This document shows positions 60,783 through 64,000 of a DNA stretch of 64,000 nucleotides, one piece after another (the stretch's first letter is position 1; the number at the start of each line of letters is the position of its first letter). The stretch is from Candidatus Marinamargulisbacteria bacterium (GTDB lineage Bacteria > Margulisbacteria > Marinamargulisbacteria > UBA817). The notes beneath the pieces are model-generated. The model had not been told where the DNA came from, did no database searches, and was given only the letters and a program-made list of their open reading frames with translations. The translations under genes and the position numbers were made by a program. The stretch lies in contig JALQXX010000002.1 of the NCBI GenBank assembly GCA_023262965.1, forward strand, positions 22,173 to 86,172, in the 5' to 3' direction.

Positions 60783-61387
60783 AGAACAGCCTGTTTGAGT
60801 TGGGGGAGTAGGGTTGTTACGGGTAGCTGAAATGGCACAGCGGGAGCCTCCAGAAGGTGCGGATGGGGTGGCCCGGTGTGAATAATGCCCTGGATAATCC
60901 AGTTGGGTTTAAATTGCCGAAGGGTTATTCCCAGTAGTTTATGCCCATCCACCGAGAGCTCAAATGGGGTGGGGTAGCTGTGGCAATAGTCCCGATTTGG
61001 GGAGGATGACTGCGATGGCGACGCATCCAAGGGGATGTACGGGGCCAACACATCACGAATCAGCTGCGATACATGGGCCAATTTGGCTTTGGGGGAGCGG
61101 GGAAATAGGGGGTCATTCGTTGCGCCAATATAGGTGAATACAATATCGCCCGGGGAATGAAACACAATGCCGCCACCGGTAATGCGTTGGGCATGATCGT
61201 GGTGCACTAGCGATGGGGGGCAGGGTTGTTTATAGCTATAGGTAATGCCGGGATGGGGCCATACGTACCAGCGCTGAATCCGTTGGTTGGGCGCGCGGTG
61301 GGTGAGCAAGGCCGCATCCCAGGCCATGTTCTCTGACGCTGAGGGGTGCGATTGGGTGTCGGTATGCCAATAAAAAACGTCTGTCAT
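60779..61387 (-). CDS. Lipoate-protein ligase/octanoyltransferase family protein (BPL_LplA_LipB catalytic domain only)
   Basis: 202 aa with the RITGGGIVFHSPGD motif (R-x-TGGG-x-V-x-H) and an upstream MAWDAALL region. It has no C-terminal LplA accessory domain. Confidence 0.55.
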   Translation of the reverse strand: MTDVFYWHTDTQSHPSASENMAWDAALLTHRAPNQRIQRWYVWPHPGITYSYKQPCPPSLVHHDHAQRITGGGIVFHSPGDIVFTYIGATNDPLFPRSPKAKLAHVSQLIRDVLAPYIPLDASPSQSSSPNRDYCHSYPTPFELSVDGHKLLGITLRQFKPNWIIQGIIHTGPPHPHLLEAPAVPFQLPVTTLLPQLKQAVL

Positions 61388-61389
61388 TT

Positions 61390-62313
61390 TTGATTTATTC
61401 TGATATAATCGTAACTATGAGTCAACAAATATCCTTCCAGCAAATGCCTATCAAAACCATTGGTGCAATTCTGTTGGTGGGGCTGGTGTTATTATTGGGG
61501 CAGTCGGCTTTTGTTATTGTGGATGCGGGGCATGTGGGGGTTGTTAAGCGGTTGGGTGCCGTGCAAACCATGCCATTGTCGGAAGGATTTCATCTAAAAT
61601 TCCCCTTTATTGATGATGTGATTCAGTTGGATGTGCGATTGCGAAAAGTCTCCAACGATTCCATTTCGGCATCCAAAGATTTGCAGACGGTACGTACCGA
61701 AGTCTCGGTTCAGTACTCCCTAACAGGCGAGATGGCGCCCATTAGCTTTCAACGGATTGGTATTCGCCAGGTTATTGAAGCCACACTTATTGAGCCAGCC
61801 ATTCAGGAGTCGGTCAAGTCGGTAACGGCCTTGTATACGGCCGAACAATTAATTACACAACGGGAGCGGGTGAAGTTGACCATTCATGATGAGGTTGAAA
61901 AATTTATTGAATTGACCTTGGAGCGAAAAGAGGTGTCGGGGGCCATTTCGATTGCGAATGTGGCCATTACCGATTTTGCATTCTCCCCAGAATTTAATCG
62001 AGCAATTGAAATGAAGGTGAAGGCGGAGCAGGAAGCCTTGCAGGCAAAAAATGAAAAAACACGCCGAGTGACACAGGCTGAGGCCGCTGCAGTGGAAAAG
62101 CAATTGGCCGCAGAGGCGGAAGCGTTTCAGATTACGGTAGAATCCAAGGCCCGTGCGGATGCGATTAAGCGAGAAGCCGCGGCACTAAAGGGTAATCCGG
62201 CGCTTATTCAATTGCGTATGGCCGAAAAATGGGATGGGAAATTGCCTGTGTTAAGTTCAGGAAGCACCATTCCTATGCTGGATGTGTCTACAATTATGGG
62301 ATCGTCGAAGTAG
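61390..62313 (+). CDS. SPFH/band-7 (prohibitin/HflC-like) membrane protein
   Basis: N-terminal TM, SPFH domain (FVIVDAGHVGVVKRLG...) and a C-terminal Ala/Glu-rich coiled coil. Confidence 0.75.
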   Translation: MIYSDIIVTMSQQISFQQMPIKTIGAILLVGLVLLLGQSAFVIVDAGHVGVVKRLGAVQTMPLSEGFHLKFPFIDDVIQLDVRLRKVSNDSISASKDLQTVRTEVSVQYSLTGEMAPISFQRIGIRQVIEATLIEPAIQESVKSVTALYTAEQLITQRERVKLTIHDEVEKFIELTLERKEVSGAISIANVAITDFAFSPEFNRAIEMKVKAEQEALQAKNEKTRRVTQAEAAAVEKQLAAEAEAFQITVESKARADAIKREAAALKGNPALIQLRMAEKWDGKLPVLSSGSTIPMLDVSTIMGSSK

Positions 62314-62362
62314 TGCGTGTTAACCCGAACCCACTAGGGCTTTTCATGCGGGGGGCTGCCTA

Positions 62363-62914
62363 ATGATGATTAAAAAAACCGTTGGTCTGATTTTAGGGGG
62401 GTGGGTTGTGGCCAGTGTTTGGACGATGGCCCAAACTACAAACGTAGAGCCGGTGGTTAAATCCGAAAAAGCCATTGCGATTATTTCACCGTTAAAAGGG
62501 CATTCGGTGCGGGGGGTATTTCGGTTTGAGCAATTAAAAAAAGGGGTGAAGGTAACCGCCCTTGTAACGGGGCTAACCCCGAACCAAAAACACGGGGTTC
62601 ATGTTCACGAATGGGGTGATCTGAGTGATCAAGAGAAAGGGATGTCGGCGGGTGGGCATTACAACCCGGAACGCAACTTGCATGGGTTACCCCCCAGTCC
62701 GATGCGACATGCCGGGGCTTTTGGTAATTTAGAGGCCAACAAGCATGGGGAGGCAACCTTTGTGTTTATAGACGATACGATTTCGGTGAATGGGGACTAC
62801 CATCCCATTTTAGGGCGTTCGGTGGTTATTCATGAAAAAGAGGATACCGGGGAGCAGCCCTTGGGCAATGCGGGTGGACGCATTGGTTTTGGGGTTATTG
62901 GTCGCTTGCCTTAG
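62363..62914 (+). CDS. sodC: Periplasmic Cu/Zn superoxide dismutase
   Basis: Signal peptide, Cu/Zn ligands (HGVHVHEWGD...GGHYNPE...HAGAFGN) and the C-terminal GNAGGRIGFGVIG. Confidence 0.85.
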   Translation: MMIKKTVGLILGGWVVASVWTMAQTTNVEPVVKSEKAIAIISPLKGHSVRGVFRFEQLKKGVKVTALVTGLTPNQKHGVHVHEWGDLSDQEKGMSAGGHYNPERNLHGLPPSPMRHAGAFGNLEANKHGEATFVFIDDTISVNGDYHPILGRSVVIHEKEDTGEQPLGNAGGRIGFGVIGRLP

Positions 62915-62961
62915 GGCGGGTGAGTTAATGGGGGGGGCGCATTTTTTGAGGAAGTGGGTGG

Positions 62962-63474
62962 CTAAAAGGTAATGTGGTTGCGTAGTGCGCGGGCTTTTTT
63001 GTGGCCAATTAAGCGAGATAGGTGTTTGATGGAGGTAATGGGGCCGTTCGCCAAGCGATTATCCATAATTTTTTGGGCGGTTTGATGGCCAATACCGGGT
63101 AGCGTCACCAATTGTTGGTGTGTGGCCAGGTTGATATTGATGCGTGTGGCATCGCTTTGTGTAGCTGGGATCGTGATTTTTTGGCCGTCACGCAATACCG
63201 CGGCCAGATTGAGTTTGGACAGGTTGGCGTTCGCGTGGAGGGGTAGGGATTGGAGTAGATCGTGAAGGGTGGTGCCGGTTTCTACGGTGTAGAGGCCGGG
63301 TGTTTGGAGGGCCCCGATAACATGAACACGGGTACCGGAGGGGTGGCGATTGGGGGTGTCGGGCAGGGGATCCGCAATGATGGTGGCAGCGGGTTTTGTG
63401 TAGACAAAAATGAAGGGAAGAACGGCGATGCCTATCGTTATAATCCAAAAAATAATGGTGTGTCCCCGATTCAT
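62962..63474 (-). CDS. comEA: ComEA-family DNA-binding protein (tandem helix-hairpin-helix)
   Basis: N-terminal TM and a C-terminal HhH region (ININLATHQQLVTLPGIGHQTAQKIMDNRLANGPITSIKHL). Confidence 0.75.
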   Translation of the reverse strand: MNRGHTIIFWIITIGIAVLPFIFVYTKPAATIIADPLPDTPNRHPSGTRVHVIGALQTPGLYTVETGTTLHDLLQSLPLHANANLSKLNLAAVLRDGQKITIPATQSDATRININLATHQQLVTLPGIGHQTAQKIMDNRLANGPITSIKHLSRLIGHKKARALRNHITF

Positions 63475-63535
63475 TATGGTGAGTAGTGTAACGCATGGCG
63501 GGGATTTGGTAAAATGCGATTTTGGTCGATGGGGC

Positions 63536-64000
63536 CTATGCCCAAGTCGACGTTGAACAAGCCGTTACATAATCCGCAAAGGGACAAAACGGGCAATGGT
63601 CGGGGCGGGTATGGGGCTGTGCTAGGGCATCCAAAATTGCTGTGAGGGGTTGGGGGTTTTGGGCAAGTGGGACCACCCGATTGTGGGTGCAGTCCACCAA
63701 AAAAGACGCGGTGGGGTCAAATGTGTAGCCCGATGGTGTGGCCACCTCACCGTACAAGTGCAGTTGGTGGCTGTATCGATCCAGCGAATGGTCCAAGGAT
63801 CGTTTGAGTTCAATCAGGCCCATGGTGCGGGTCTCGGGGTCCAGCCAGCCAATGTCAATCCGTCCGGTTATACGAAATTGGTTGTATGTATACCAAAACG
63901 GGTATTCCACGCGACTATGGGGGCGTGCTAGCAGGGTGATGTACCAATCCGACTGAATAATTCGGGCCAGCCAGTCGGGGTCATCGGGGGTGGGGGTACG
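63536..64000 (-). CDS. PD-(D/E)XK (RecB/Cas4/AddB-type) nuclease domain with C-terminal Cys cluster; 5' end beyond the window
   Basis: The frame is open from the GTG at 63910 to the window edge with no stop, so the gene continues upstream. Motifs GRIDIGWLD...LIELKRS (D...E-h-K) and C-terminal CPFCPF...C are typical of the Fe-S RecB-like nuclease fold. Confidence 0.4.
   Translation of the reverse strand, partial: RTPTPDDPDWLARIIQSDWYITLLARPHSRVEYPFWYTYNQFRITGRIDIGWLDPETRTMGLIELKRSLDHSLDRYSHQLHLYGEVATPSGYTFDPTASFLVDCTHNRVVPLAQNPQPLTAILDALAQPHTRPDHCPFCPFADYVTACSTSTWA

Noticed and set aside
62915-62961. Possible bidirectional terminator between sodC and comEA (AATGGGGGGGGCGCATTTTTT)
   Set aside because: Only a 4-bp AATG/CATT stem can be drawn around a poly-G run, which is too weak to call.

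Overview
This 64-kb window looks like an origin-proximal stretch of a Gram-negative chromosome, about 50% GC, densely coding, with much translational coupling between genes. It starts inside dnaA (minus strand, 3' end beyond the window), with four DnaA boxes directly upstream, and carries mnmG-rsmG and parB-parA with a perfect parS palindrome, all within 25 kb. The housekeeping content is broad. On the minus strand it includes metG and tamA-tamB-thrC-cvpA-aminotransferase-lrp. On the plus strand it includes a sigma-54 enhancer-binding protein, clpC-radA, a truncated dcw block murC-murB-ddl-ftsQ-ftsA-ftsZ, tRNA-Gly(GCC), tig-clpP-clpX, tRNA-Leu(TAG) and lysS. Other calls include thyA-folA, aroH-tyrA, secD-secF, sodC, comEA, an SPFH protein and a lipoate-ligase-family protein. 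A complete MoxR-DUF58-BatA-BatB/C-BatD-BatE 'aerotolerance' operon runs straight into the dcw genes. A protein with a T9SS C-terminal sorting domain plus this Bat operon points to the FCB superphylum. The strong Shine-Dalgarno motifs before many genes argue against Bacteroidetes proper, so Chlorobi, Ignavibacteria, Fibrobacteres or a candidate lineage is more likely; that is an inference. The unusual items are as follows. An 892-aa protein built from about 19 ankyrin-like 34-aa repeats, encoded by a 102-bp tandem DNA repeat, sits next to the par locus. A FliA/WhiG-type sigma factor is translationally coupled between secF and an uncharacterised bitopic membrane protein that may be its partner or anti-sigma factor. 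A znuA-znuB cluster has no ATPase gene but is joined by a His-rich outer-membrane protein and a small His/Cys membrane protein coupled to tyrA. There is an AT-rich compositional-outlier outer-membrane-protein gene. A sigma-54 activator lacks a receiver domain. I found no CRISPR arrays, IS elements, integrases or rRNA genes.
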